DNA from: Guillardia theta CCMP2712
Taxonomy: Eukaryota > Protista > Cryptophyta
Assembly (NCBI RefSeq): GCF_000315625.1
Contig: NW_005434505.1
Span: 1 to 33,097 of the forward strand
DNA length: 33,097 nucleotides
Reading direction: 5' to 3'
Both the position numbers and the translations under genes were made by a program. Below the pieces are notes generated by a model. That model worked only from the letters and a program-made list of their open reading frames with translations, was not told where the DNA came from and ran no database searches. Shown piece after piece: positions 11,429-21,955 of this stretch (the stretch's first letter is position 1; the number at the start of each line of letters is the position of its first letter).

Positions 11429-11871
11429 GAAGTTTGCGAGTTGATATGGCCGTCCGGGGTGCCGTTGAGGCCGTAGGGGAGGCCGGGCCGTCGGTGCTCA
11501 ATACGTAAAGTCTGGAATCTGGAATCTGGGAGCCGGCGGGAAACGGGCCTCAAGTGCAACGATGTTGTCGCTGATGTAAGTATCTCTGAATCGCGACTGA
11601 CGGTACTGAGCCATCTCACCAACACATGACAGAAACTGTAGGACAGGCCTGAGGAGCAACCCAGAAAAAGCGTCACGGATATTGTAGAATGGGCTAAACA
11701 TTTGTCTACGCAATAGGAACGATCATGGTCATCGTCAGGTGCCGGAGATGAAAGTTACAGTCTTCATTGGTAAACCATCGTTCAACTTCGGAAGTTCCAT
11801 CGACTACTATGGTACATCGCCTATCTGAACATTGCAATAAACTACAACCCTAGAAGAGCTCATCCTCATAG

Positions 11872-12117
11872 CTAGACATCAGTTTCTGAATCAATGTGAA
11901 GTGATTTCGCGCTCTCCCTTCTCGCCCTCGCGGCCATGACGTTAGAGAGCAGGTCGTTGCAAGAGGAGGAGGGCTTGAGGAGAGGAGCAACAGCAGGGGA
12001 GAAAGTCTGGGTCGGGAGAGACGATCGCCTTTCAGAGGACTTGCTGGAGGTCCAGGGAGAGACGTGAAGGATCTTGATGGTCGAGCGAGGAGGAGGCAGC
12101 AGGGGAGGTGCTGACAT
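11872..12117 (-). CDS. Small protein, paralog 4 (81 aa)
   Basis: MSAPPLLPPPRSTIKILHVSPWTSSK...LKPSSSCNDLLSNVMAARAR; closest to paralog 3, with synonymous differences in the motifs. Confidence 0.75.
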   Translation of the reverse strand: MSAPPLLPPPRSTIKILHVSPWTSSKSSERRSSLPTQTFSPAVAPLLKPSSSCNDLLSNVMAARARRESAKSLHIDSETDV

Positions 12118-12259
12118 CGAGCTGTCCGTATCGTTTCGTACGAGAAGCAGTGGAGCAGGTGCTTGGAACTTCTGGCTGCAGACCTCAAGATGTCTTGCAA
12201 GAGATCGCTGAGTGAAGACGTTCCAATGATGCGCACGGGCGCGAACAACAGAGGATTAG

Positions 12260-12322
12260 AAGCAAGGGCAGGTACAGGGGCAGGAGCAGGCTGCGGGAGT
12301 ATGGGCTGGGACAGGCAGGAGT

Positions 12323-12361
<39 letters not shown>

Positions 12362-12495
12362 GGCGGGGGCAGGAGCAGGAGCAGGAGACGGAGCAGGAGC
12401 AGGAGCAGGAGCAGGGGCAGGAGGCAGGAGCAGGAGCAGGAGTAGGAGCAGGGGCGGGGGCAGGAGCAGGAGCAGGAGTAGGAGCAGGGGCGGGG
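12260..12495 (+). repeat. (GCAGGA)n degenerate hexamer repeat
   Basis: Read directly; same unit at 9713-9760, 32530-32790 and, reversed, 4698-4750. Confidence 0.9.
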
Positions 12496-13697
12496 GGCGT
12501 TGCAGTCTATACAAACGTTAAGACTGTGAATGTTTACTACATGGCCTACCTCGTGATCGAATGCTCTCGTGCTATGTTTACTATACACGACGTATCCGGG
12601 TCACGGTATTGCCATGGCAGCTCTACTTGGAACATGTTGAAAACGTACTTGTCAACTTATCAACCCAATATTCAAATGTTGATATGTCAGTTTCAAATGG
12701 ATCTTTTCCGCACAATAAAAGGGAGATTTGCAACATCACCCAGCCGATCAGCTAGCACGCAAGTAGAGACCCAGACTTGCTAGTCAAACGAGATTGAATC
12801 ATGCGAAAGGCTCTCTCAGGAGTTCATGGTAGCTACCGCTCAGCGGCTCTTGGAGTACCTCACTTCATGGTGATGGTCACAGCGATCGTTCACGACATCT
12901 CACTCATCCTCCCCTTGTGTACTGATCTCTCAAAAGGCGTTTACTTGGAGTTATGTTTATAGTGTAGGGTTGTTGAGAAGAAGGAACATACAGCAAGGCA
13001 TTGGAAGCACTGAAGACATGCATCCATGCAGCTTCTAACGTTGCACAGGGGNNNNNNNNNNNNNNNNNNNNNNNNNNNNNNNNNNNNNNNNNNNNNNNNN
13101 NNNNNNNNNNNNNNNNNNNNNNNNNNNNNNNNNNNNNNNNNNNNNNNNNNNNNNNNNNNNNNNNNNNNNNNNNNNNNNNNNNNNNNNNNNNNNNNNNNNN
13201 NNNNNNNNNNNNNNNNNNNNNNNNNNNNNNNNNNNNNNNNNNNNNNNNNNNNNNNNNNNNNNNNNNNNNNNNNNNNNNNNNNNNNNNNNNNNNNNNNNNN
13301 NNNNNNNNNNNNNNNNNNNNNNNNNNNNNNNNNNNNNNNNNNNNNNNNNNNNNNNNNNNNNNNNNNNNNNNNNNNNNNNNNNNNNNNNNNNNNNNNNNNN
13401 NNNNNNNNNNNNNNNNNNNNNNNNNNNNNNNNNNNNNNNNNNNNNNNNNNNNNNNNNNNNNNNNNNNNNNNNNNNNNNNNNNNNNNNNNNNNNNNNNNNN
13501 NNNNNNNNNNNNNNNNNNNNNNNNNNNNNNNNNNNNNNNNNNNNNNNNNNNNNNNNNNNNNNNNNNNNNNNNNNNNNNNNNNNNNNNNNNNNNNNNNNNN
13601 NNNNNNNNNNNNNNNNNNNNNNNNNNNNNNNNNNNNNNNNNNNNNNNNNNNNNNNNNNNNNNNNNNNNNNNNNNNNNNNNNNNNNNNNNNNNNNNNN

Positions 13698-15717
13698 TAT
13701 TCCATCTGAGTCTACAATGCCATCCACATGTTCCTCATGCATGATCTCAGCACGAGCAGCCTGCAACGTCGACTGCCACTGAGGAGACTCGTCAGCCGTG
13801 GTAACAGAACAGGAGGAGGAGGAGGAGGAGGAGGAGGAGGAGGAGGAGGAGGAGGAGGAGGAGGAGGCCTCACGTGAGGATACATCTCCTGTAGCTGGAG
13901 GTAGACGACAGAGATCCTCGACACTGGGAAGAGGTGAGAACGAGGACTTCAGCTCTCTCCCACCAGCGCCGCTCACTCTCATGCAAGACTGTTACGATGG
14001 CTGGCGACTTGCTCAGTTCCCGGATCTTGGCGTTGATCCTCCTGTCCTCCCCAAAGCTCCTTGAGCCCGTTCGCGACAGAGTCGAGTGGGTCCGAGACAG
14101 AGTCTCGAGCTGCTCCTGACGTCAGCTTTCCCCAAGCTGCAGTTCAAGACTGACTTTGCGGGGAGTCCGGTAGAGCATGACGATGGCGACTACGTGCGCT
14201 CCGTCCGAGGACATGATTGGAACCTGTCTCAACAACGTGAGCACGGAGGAGAGGAAGAAGGTAGGGAAGCAAGGGGAGGGATGAAGGGGAGGCGGGAGGA
14301 GGCGGAAGAAGGAAGGGAACGAGGAAGGGAGGGAGGGCAGAAGGAGAGTCTCTCACCCCAACGGAGACGTCAAAGAGTTTCTTAGCAAGCTGGACACGAG
14401 GGTCTCCAGCTGGGGTAGTCGTCAACGACAGCTGGGAGCGAGAGAAGGAGAAGCACCGAGCTCATCGTCATCCGGGAGGAACTCGAGCTCGTGCCAGTCC
14501 ACGTCGCTTCTGCTCCAGGCCAGCCCGGGGAACCTTCCCCCTTGGTGTAATTGACTTTGTCTGCGAGCTTGAGGAATCTCTCTAGGGCCTCCGTCTTTGA
14601 CTCGTCCTGCTCGTTCGCCTGCGGCAGCGGTCAGAAGCAGGGTAACGCCCGTAGCACCTACATGGAGAGTCGAGTCGTCGAGAAAGCTGTCACCAGTGTA
14701 TCGCAGCTTCGAAGCGTACTTCTCATGCCCTCCCTTGTCAGCTTCGCCCTTCCCCTTTTTGCCTGAGAATGCGGACCACAGCGACCTGTACACAGCATCA
14801 CCTCCTCCTTCCCTTGCTGGTTCCTCCCACCCAGCATCTCCATCGTCGTTTCTCAGGCCGTAGGAACCAAACCTGCTCCTCTTCCCGTCCGAATCGATAC
14901 CGTACGATCCAAACCTGCTCCTTTTCGAGTCGTCCGAGATGTGTCGCGCTATCTTGATGTCAATGTCTGCATCAACGAGTGACTTGCAAGCATTTGCGGC
15001 TCCATCAGCATCGACAAACCGGCCTGGCTCAGGTTAGAAGCAGCATCCTTAGAGTCTGCAGCGCAACTGAGCTTCTCCTCTCACCCCCCCCATATGGCAT
15101 GCTCACCAGCGTCCAGCTTGGAGTCCGTCTCAGGCTGTATCACATCCTCATCATCCTCGTTCACGTTGCTCGACAGCTTCGCTCGATCGGGGATAGCTCG
15201 GTTCAATGGCATCAACCGCGGCGATCGCTGTGGGGAGACTGACATGGGGGTTCGACTTCCTAGGGAGATTCCGGCCAACGAAGGCTCCGCCTGCTTCACC
15301 TTCCTTGCCCACAACTGCCACGGCAGGTATCAGCAGCAGCAGTGTATCCACACCCTCCTCCTCCTTCGTCTTTTAGCTTCCATCCTCTCTCCACTCCTCC
15401 CACATTATTCCCCTTCCCAGCTTTCTTGCCACTAACTGCTCCTTCCTCTTTGGATGCTTCTTCGCCCTTCGCTATCCTCCTATGGACGCTCCTGCCCTGT
15501 TCTGTCCTCCCCTTCCTTCAAGCCAGCCCCTTCCCCCCACCCCCGGTGCAAACTACACCGCGTGCACGGGACTTTCTCAGCAAGGAGCAGCAGCCGAGCC
15601 CCCGCCCCCCCCCCCCCCTCCGCCTCCTCTCTCAGCAGTCAGACACACCTCAGCATAGTCGAAACCGATAGCACGGCACGTGTCCGCGAGCATGCCGGAC
15701 ATCGGAGACAGCGACAT
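13698..15717 (-). CDS. GAF-like domain protein, multi-exon, 3'-partial (runs into gap), apparent 1-nt frameshift
   Basis: Spliced reading: MSLSPMSGMLADTCRAIGFDYAE|LWARK...(long low-complexity insert)...LRYTGDSFLDDSTLH|ANEQDESKTEALERFLKLADKVNYTKGEG/FPGLAWSRSDVDWHELEFLPDDDEL|AGDPRVQLAKKLFDVSVG|VPIMSSDGAHVVAIVMLYR...|WQSTLQAARAEIMHEEHVDG. The GxGxPGxAW, PR..A and VGVPI...VVAIVML elements are GAF-fold-like. The start is uncertain; more 5' exons may lie at 15760-16300. Confidence 0.65.
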
Positions 15718-16449
15718 CTTGGCCAGGATCAATGGGGGTTACAGAAGCTCATGGTTCCTCGCTTGCCAAGGATGAGTCGGTCCTGCTCGAACAGGTTACA
15801 GCATGAAATGTTATCACCAGTTAGCTGCATGCCATGTTGCATTTCCTGCTCTTTCGCCACTCCTGCTCTTTCGCCACTGGGCATCGGGTGCAAGCGGAAC
15901 TAGGAGAAATCCTCGTTTCTCGCCATAAACATCTAATTGTCACAATCTCTTGTCCTTGCAAGCTACATCTCGCCCTTACTAGCATAGTACTGCTGGCATC
16001 GATCATATCAGCATCGGTACCATGAGCAGCTTCTCTGATCTTCTCCGCCGACCATCGTCATCCTCGCTACTACGATGACAGTCGTACAGGTTCATTGCAT
16101 TCCAGCCACGTTGGTTTCTCAAGATTCTTCTTTGCAGCCTGAGCATGGCTTATCTCATCACTGCTGTAGCAGTTAATATCAACATCTCTCTATCTTTGAC
16201 ACATTCACGCTCTTCGTTCGTATCGCCCGTCATCGACCTCTCCCCACTTACCTACCTGCTGCTGTTCACCATTTGAAACCTCGAGTCTTTTCTCATCTCC
16301 TGATCTCCCGATCTCTTCAACTCCCCGTCCTCTTCTATCCCATGTCACCCTTCACTTCATCATATATCCTCCTCCTTCTGCCCAGCTTCCGCCATTTTTC
16401 CTCCCAAACGCCCCTCCCCTGCCTCCCCTGCTGCCCAGCATTTTCGTAA

Positions 16450-17345
16450 GTCTCCATTAACACCCCTACCCCCTGAATTGATGATTTGTGTAGTACCACC
16501 CACCCCTTTCGACCGTCAAGAGCTCTATCTTATGGAAACCACCCCACCCTTCATGACTTCAGGTGTCAGATACAACTGCCTCTACCCCACCCTTTCAGGC
16601 GGATTTTCAAGACCCCACCCATCCAGTCAGATTCAATTTGTACCGTACCCATACTGCTGGTTCAAACTGATTGACACCCCTACCCCCCCTTTCCATAACG
16701 AATATCCTCCTTTTTCCCCTTTACAAGTTCAAGCACCCCACCCCCCTTTAGTTCAATGTCTTTACTACCCGACTCACCTCCCTCTGTTCCCTGATCCTAC
16801 AACCCCACCCCCACATTGACTTTTCTACCCCTACCCCTGTACCCCCATTTCCTTCGTAACATCATCGGACCCCTTGTAAGGCCTCCATCACTACCCCTAC
16901 CCCCTCGATTCAAGCTTTCCACCCCCTCTAAAGAAGTGGGGAGTGTTTTTTTTCCTCCCAACTTCTGAGCCAGGACACCCCCTGCAATAATGGACCCCTG
17001 CTATTCATACCCCCACCTGTACCTAAAATACTGAAAGGACCCCCACCCCATATTTTCCACGTCGTAGACCCCCTTCTACCAGGTCGTTTTCAAAATATTG
17101 AACCACCAGTCGGTGTAACTACGGTAACCCACACACCCACCACCCTGCAGCTTTCACTTGGACCCCCTTTAAAAGTACCCCACCCTTCTCATTTGAAATC
17201 CAGGGGTACCTTGCATCATTTGATGAGCCCTACCCCCACCCTACCCCCTGTTTGAGTGATTTTTGGTATGGCAACGACACGATTGGCCTTTTCAGTTGAC
17301 TACCCCACCCCCTCGTGTGATCCTTGGCAGGACCCTACCATGGGA
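16450..17345. other. (T)ACCC-rich intergenic zone between divergent genes
   Basis: Dense CCCCTACCC/ACCCCACCC words on the + strand; no credible ORF. Boundaries approximate. Confidence 0.65.
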
Positions 17346-18082
17346 ATTCCAGGTTACGTCCACTGGGCCCGTTTTGAACATGATCTGATGACTAGACCAG
17401 GAAGCGAAGAGGGGAGGAGGAGGAGGAGGAGGAGGAGGAGGAGGAGGAGGAGGAGGATAGTGATGTAGGAAGGAGGATGAAAGGTGGACGAGGAGGGGAG
17501 GGATGAAAAACCTGGAAGAGAGTAGAAAGCGAAATGGTTGCGGTAGGGATTTGAGATGCTTGTATGAATCCATGGGATCGCGGCAATTAAGTCCAGCATG
17601 GGACAGAAATGTATAGGGTGTGGTGACGGGGATCTCTCAATTGGAATTCATAGGAGAGTCGCTAAGTCCCTTCAACTGGACTTAGGAAACAAGGAGAGTC
17701 CCTAGAAATGCTTAGAGCTTCTGCAGAGTTTGGAAGGAGAAGGGAGAAATGTTCAGACAAAGAAGATTGAAAGAATGCCAATAGATATGAATGTACAACA
17801 GTTACACTCTCGTACTCCCCCCATGTCGACTCGTTATCAACTGGGCAGTACGTGCATTGCGCCAGAAGGCATCAAGAAGCAAAAGATTGGGGGCAAACCC
17901 ATCACTTCTTGAGGAAAAGAGGCGGCATAAAAGGCTCCCGCCAAGAAATCATTTTGTATAGCAAGTTGAAACATCTTCCATGACAACATAGAATCGCAAC
18001 TCCTGCGTTTCCGCCCCTCCCCATCACCAATTCATCTCAATCTGAACCTCCCCGGGACGTTGACCTCTGTCAAGATTCTCCC

Positions 18083-18084
<2 letters not shown>

Positions 18085-18178
<94 letters not shown>

Positions 18179-18206
18179 ACTCTCTCTCTCTCTCTCTCTC
18201 TCTCTC
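18085..18206 (+). repeat. (CT)n(CA)n(CT)n microsatellite
   Basis: Read directly. Confidence 0.95.
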
Positions 18207-18614
18207 CTTCCTTTCGTCCCTCCTCCTCCCCCCCTCCCTTCCCCTTCCTCCCCTCCTCGCTCACTGGATTTCATGACCTATTGGACCACTTCCCTCCTCA
18301 TGACCTTTGTGTTGACTGATAATTACAATACAAATCCGCAGTTTGACTAAACTATTTTATATTACTTCATAAGACCCCTCATCTCACACTACCCCCTAAA
18401 TATACACCCAGCCCCTCGAATCGGTGCTCAGAAAACGTTACGCTATTGAGTACCGGTTATCGGAACCAATAATCTGTATGATGTGTACCGGTATCTGGTT
18501 CAGTCGTTCCCATGTACCGGTACTAGAATTGGATTACACCCCTACATTTGAGTCTTGGTTGGACCTTCTGATATAAGCAAGGAAGAGGGGTGGTACACCT
18601 ACAACACTTAAGAC

Positions 18615-21406
18615 ATGGCGAAGGCTGCGGCAATGGCGATGATCGCGGTAACGGATCCTCCTCCTCCTCCACCTCCTCCTCCATCGCCGCTCTCTCCCTC
18701 GTCCGCATCTCTTCCATTCTCTCACTCCCACTGCCGTAACTCTTCTCCTTGCTCCTTGTCTCCATACCCGCATGAATCCTCCAACATCCGTGCCTGGCGC
18801 ATGCCCGCGTTCAGGATCTTGTCATTGTCCATCGCCCTTTCTCCTCCCCACTCTCTTCATCAACTCCATATCACTTCCTCCATCGTTTGCTCATCCTCTG
18901 CACTTTCCTGCCCCCTTCCTCCCAACCACCCTGCTCCTCCTGGGATCCCTGCTCATCACCGCCCTTAATACCCTCCTTCCTGTTCTCCTCGCCCCTCCCT
19001 TCTCCATTTCATTCCAACCCTGCTCCCTCCCTCCTCTTTCCTCTCATTGCTAACTCTGTTCTGACTCGGACCTGCAGGCTAGTCCCGCACTTGCGTTCCT
19101 CCCACCAACCCCCTCTGGCAACTTCCTCCGCCCCTCCTCTGCCGCCTCCTCCCACGTTACCATGTCGGCGTCCCAGGGCCTGACCCGCAGGGAGATCGTG
19201 CGGTCTGCCTCCGTCTTCGCCGCCTCCTCGGTTGTTCTGCGAGGGATGGAGGCGTTCGCAGAGGAGGAGCAGTGGATCCAAGTTGACGACCCCAACGGCA
19301 AGAGGTGTGTCGCCTTTCCTACTCTCAACCCCTCTCGTCGTCTCCTCTCCTACCCCTCCACCCTCCTCTTTGTTTCCTCTTGTCTCATATCTCCTCTCCT
19401 CTCCTCTCCTCTCCTCTCCTCTCCTCTCCTCTCCTCTCCTCTCCTCTCCTCTCCTCTCCCCTCTCACGCCTTCCTCCTCCTTTATCGGCTCTGCTTCCTG
19501 CCTCCCTATTCGTCCTTTTCCTTGTCCATCACCGTGTTCCTCCCGGTCATTTGCTCTTATTTCGAGAACTCTCATTTCCTTGCCCTTCCCTTTCTATCTC
19601 CATGTTCCTCCTTCTTCACCACCACCACCACCTCCTCCTCCTCCTCCTCCTCTTTCTCCTCCTTTCTTTCTTGCTTGTAAATTCTCTACAGCTACTGGTA
19701 CAACCCAAAGACACAGAAGACCAGCGCAACCGATCCCAACAAGTCCGAAGCTTCTGCTTCAACCTCCGCTAAGGTTCTCTCCTCTCCTCCTCCCCTACTC
19801 TCACCCCAATCTTCCACCCCTCGCTTCTCCCCTTCGTTCTCCCTTTACGTCTCGATCTTCTTTCCTCTCTTACTTCCCCTCCTTCTGCCTCCTTTTCCCT
19901 CTGTCTTTCTATTTTTCCCTTCGCCACATTCTACGTTCAACTTTGTCGGCTCTCTTGACGCGTCCACAGGAAGGAAGCTCGGCTGCCAGCGGTGCCTTCG
20001 CTGACGTCAAGGTAGCAAGAGGAAGATGACGAGAAAGAGATGGGGCGAAGTGGCAGGGGGTGAGGGAGGAGAAGGAGAGGAGCAGAAGGAGGACGAGGAC
20101 GAGGAGGAGGAGGAGCTCAATCCTCTGCAGGTCACCAAGATGGGAGGTCTTCTTTCTCCCTTCAAGGATGTGAACAAGGGGTGAGACTTCTCTTGGTCCC
20201 TCTTATCTTATCCTTTCCTGCCCGCCTCCTTTCTCCTCTTGCTCACCTGAGCTCCCTCGTCTACCGTTCTAATGCCTCCGCTCGTTGCCTCCCGCTTCCT
20301 TTCTCTCCACCTCCTCTCCTCTCCTCTCCTCTCCTCTCCTCTCCTCTCCTCTTTTCTCCTCTGATTTTCCTTTCATTTTCCTTTCATTTTTCTTACTTCT
20401 TCTCACTCTCTCCTCTCCTAGCTTTCAAATCTTCCGCCCATCTGGATGGAATCAGTTCGACTCGGCTCCAGGAGAGTACGACGTTAAGTGGGAGGTGAGT
20501 GCTACTGGTCTTGTCAAAACTCCCTCAGTATAGTCCCTTTCAAAACTCTACTAGTGCTGAACCCTTCAAAACTCCCTCAGTACTGACCCTGTCAATCGCA
20601 GGATCTGGTCGAGAAGAGCGAGCTGGTCATGGTCGGCAGCTCGCCTGTCAAGTCTGCCACCGACGTCAACGTGCTGGGACCCGTTGACAAGGTAGAGAGC
20701 TGCTGGGGATTGAGCTGGGGGGGGGGGGGGGGGGATGTAGATAGTGACAGGGAGCTGGCAGGTCGGAGCCTCTCTGGCCTCGAAGAAGAAGGCAGAGCTG
20801 GTAGAGGCCAAGGTGAGGACTGCTGGAGGCGTCCAGCTGGAGTTGAGCTGTGCCGTGCAGGAGACAGAGAGGTCCGGGATCAGGTTCTATACCTTCGTCT
20901 TCAAGGCGGTGAGAGGAGACGGCGACGAGGAAGGAAGGGGGAGGGAGCTGAAGGAGCAGCAGGGAGACGACAAGACAGGAGCGAGAGAAGTTTACCAGCT
21001 CTGCGTGAACAAGGTGAGAAAAGGGATCATTGCTTTCGCATCTTCGTATCTCTTCCTTGATCCTTTCCTACGCTCCTTCTTGTTTATTGTTCCCTGCTGC
21101 TGCTGCTGCTCCTCCTCCTCCTCCTCCTCCTCCTCCTCCTACTCCTCCTCCTCCTCCTCCTCCTCCTCCTCCTCCTCCTCCTCCTCCTGCTCCACCTCTG
21201 CTCCTACCACCTCTGCTCCTCCTCCTCGTCCTACATTTCTCCCTAATTTTCGAGCAGGGAAAGCTGTGGAGCGTTACTGCAACCACCGCTGAGAAGCGCT
21301 GGAACAAGCGCAAGGTAGTATCAGCTTCTCTTGAGCTGGCCGAGCTGAGAAATATGTGCAGGACTTGTACAGTACCATCTTCTCCTCCTTCGTGCCGAAG
21401 CTCTAG
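18615..21406 (+). CDS. PsbP-domain thylakoid lumen protein with tripartite targeting and an N-terminal WW-like module
   Basis: Exons 18615-18647, 19078-19304, 19692-19773, 19970-20011, 20131-20180, 20422-20494, 20602-20691, four short exons between 20762 and 21314, and 21362-21406. Signal MAKAAAMAMIA|ASPALA-F, Ser/Pro-rich transit peptide, Tat signal TRRE...EAFA. PsbP-like core: FKDVNKG|FQIFRPSGW...LGPVDK|VGASL...ELVEAK|ETERSGIRFYTFVF...CVNK|GKLWSVTATTAEKRWNKRK|DLYSTIFSSF. Confidence 0.85.
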
Positions 21407-21955
21407 AGGAGCAGGAGAGAGTTTGTAGTCCCTCAATGAAGCAGAAGCAACATGAGCTGCTTGTCGTATTGGGTTGAAGAAGTCGGGAGGCAAGGGGCGG
21501 AGACCAGATAGTGGCAGGGGCGTACAGGGAGAGAGAGAGTTGGGGGAAGAAAGTGAGAACGGGAGGGAGGGAGGTGGGGAAGACGAAGATATGGTAGAGG
21601 GGAGGTCGAGGAGGAGGAGGAGGAGAAAAAGAGAAGTGAAGAGAAGAGGGAAGAGAAGCACGGCATTTCACCACTACACATCTTCATGCTCACAAAAATT
21701 TAAAACTACATGATACCCCTTTCATTGTTGATTGAAAGGACTCTGCATATTCTCGTACTCTGCAATGAAGGGTCTGAGATAAAGTCAGCAACGTGACAGC
21801 ATCAAGACTGAGGAGGCTGAGCAAGGGGAACAGGCAGGCAGGAAAATAGAGTAAATGCGGGAAGGGAAGCGGGAAATGAGGAGCGAGAGAGACAGAGACA
21901 GAGAGACGAACAGGGCGTAAGAAGGAGAGAGCGAGGAGCAACAGGGAGGAGGGTC

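Noticed and set aside
12500-13051. Possible 3' exons of the GAF-like gene
   Set aside because: No recognisable motif or convincing exon chain could be read; left unannotated.
12941-13982. Long ORFs spanning N-runs (also 10457-11215, 24862-25374, 27408-29036)
   Set aside because: Length is an artefact of assembly gaps.
16450-17345. Interstitial telomere array
   Set aside because: No tandem unit such as CCCTAA or CCCTAAA; only dispersed C-runs.
20498-20587. Spaced repeats TCAAAACTC(CCTCAGTA) resembling a mini CRISPR array
   Set aside because: Only 2-3 short copies inside a eukaryotic intron, with related spacers and no cas genes; a local duplication.
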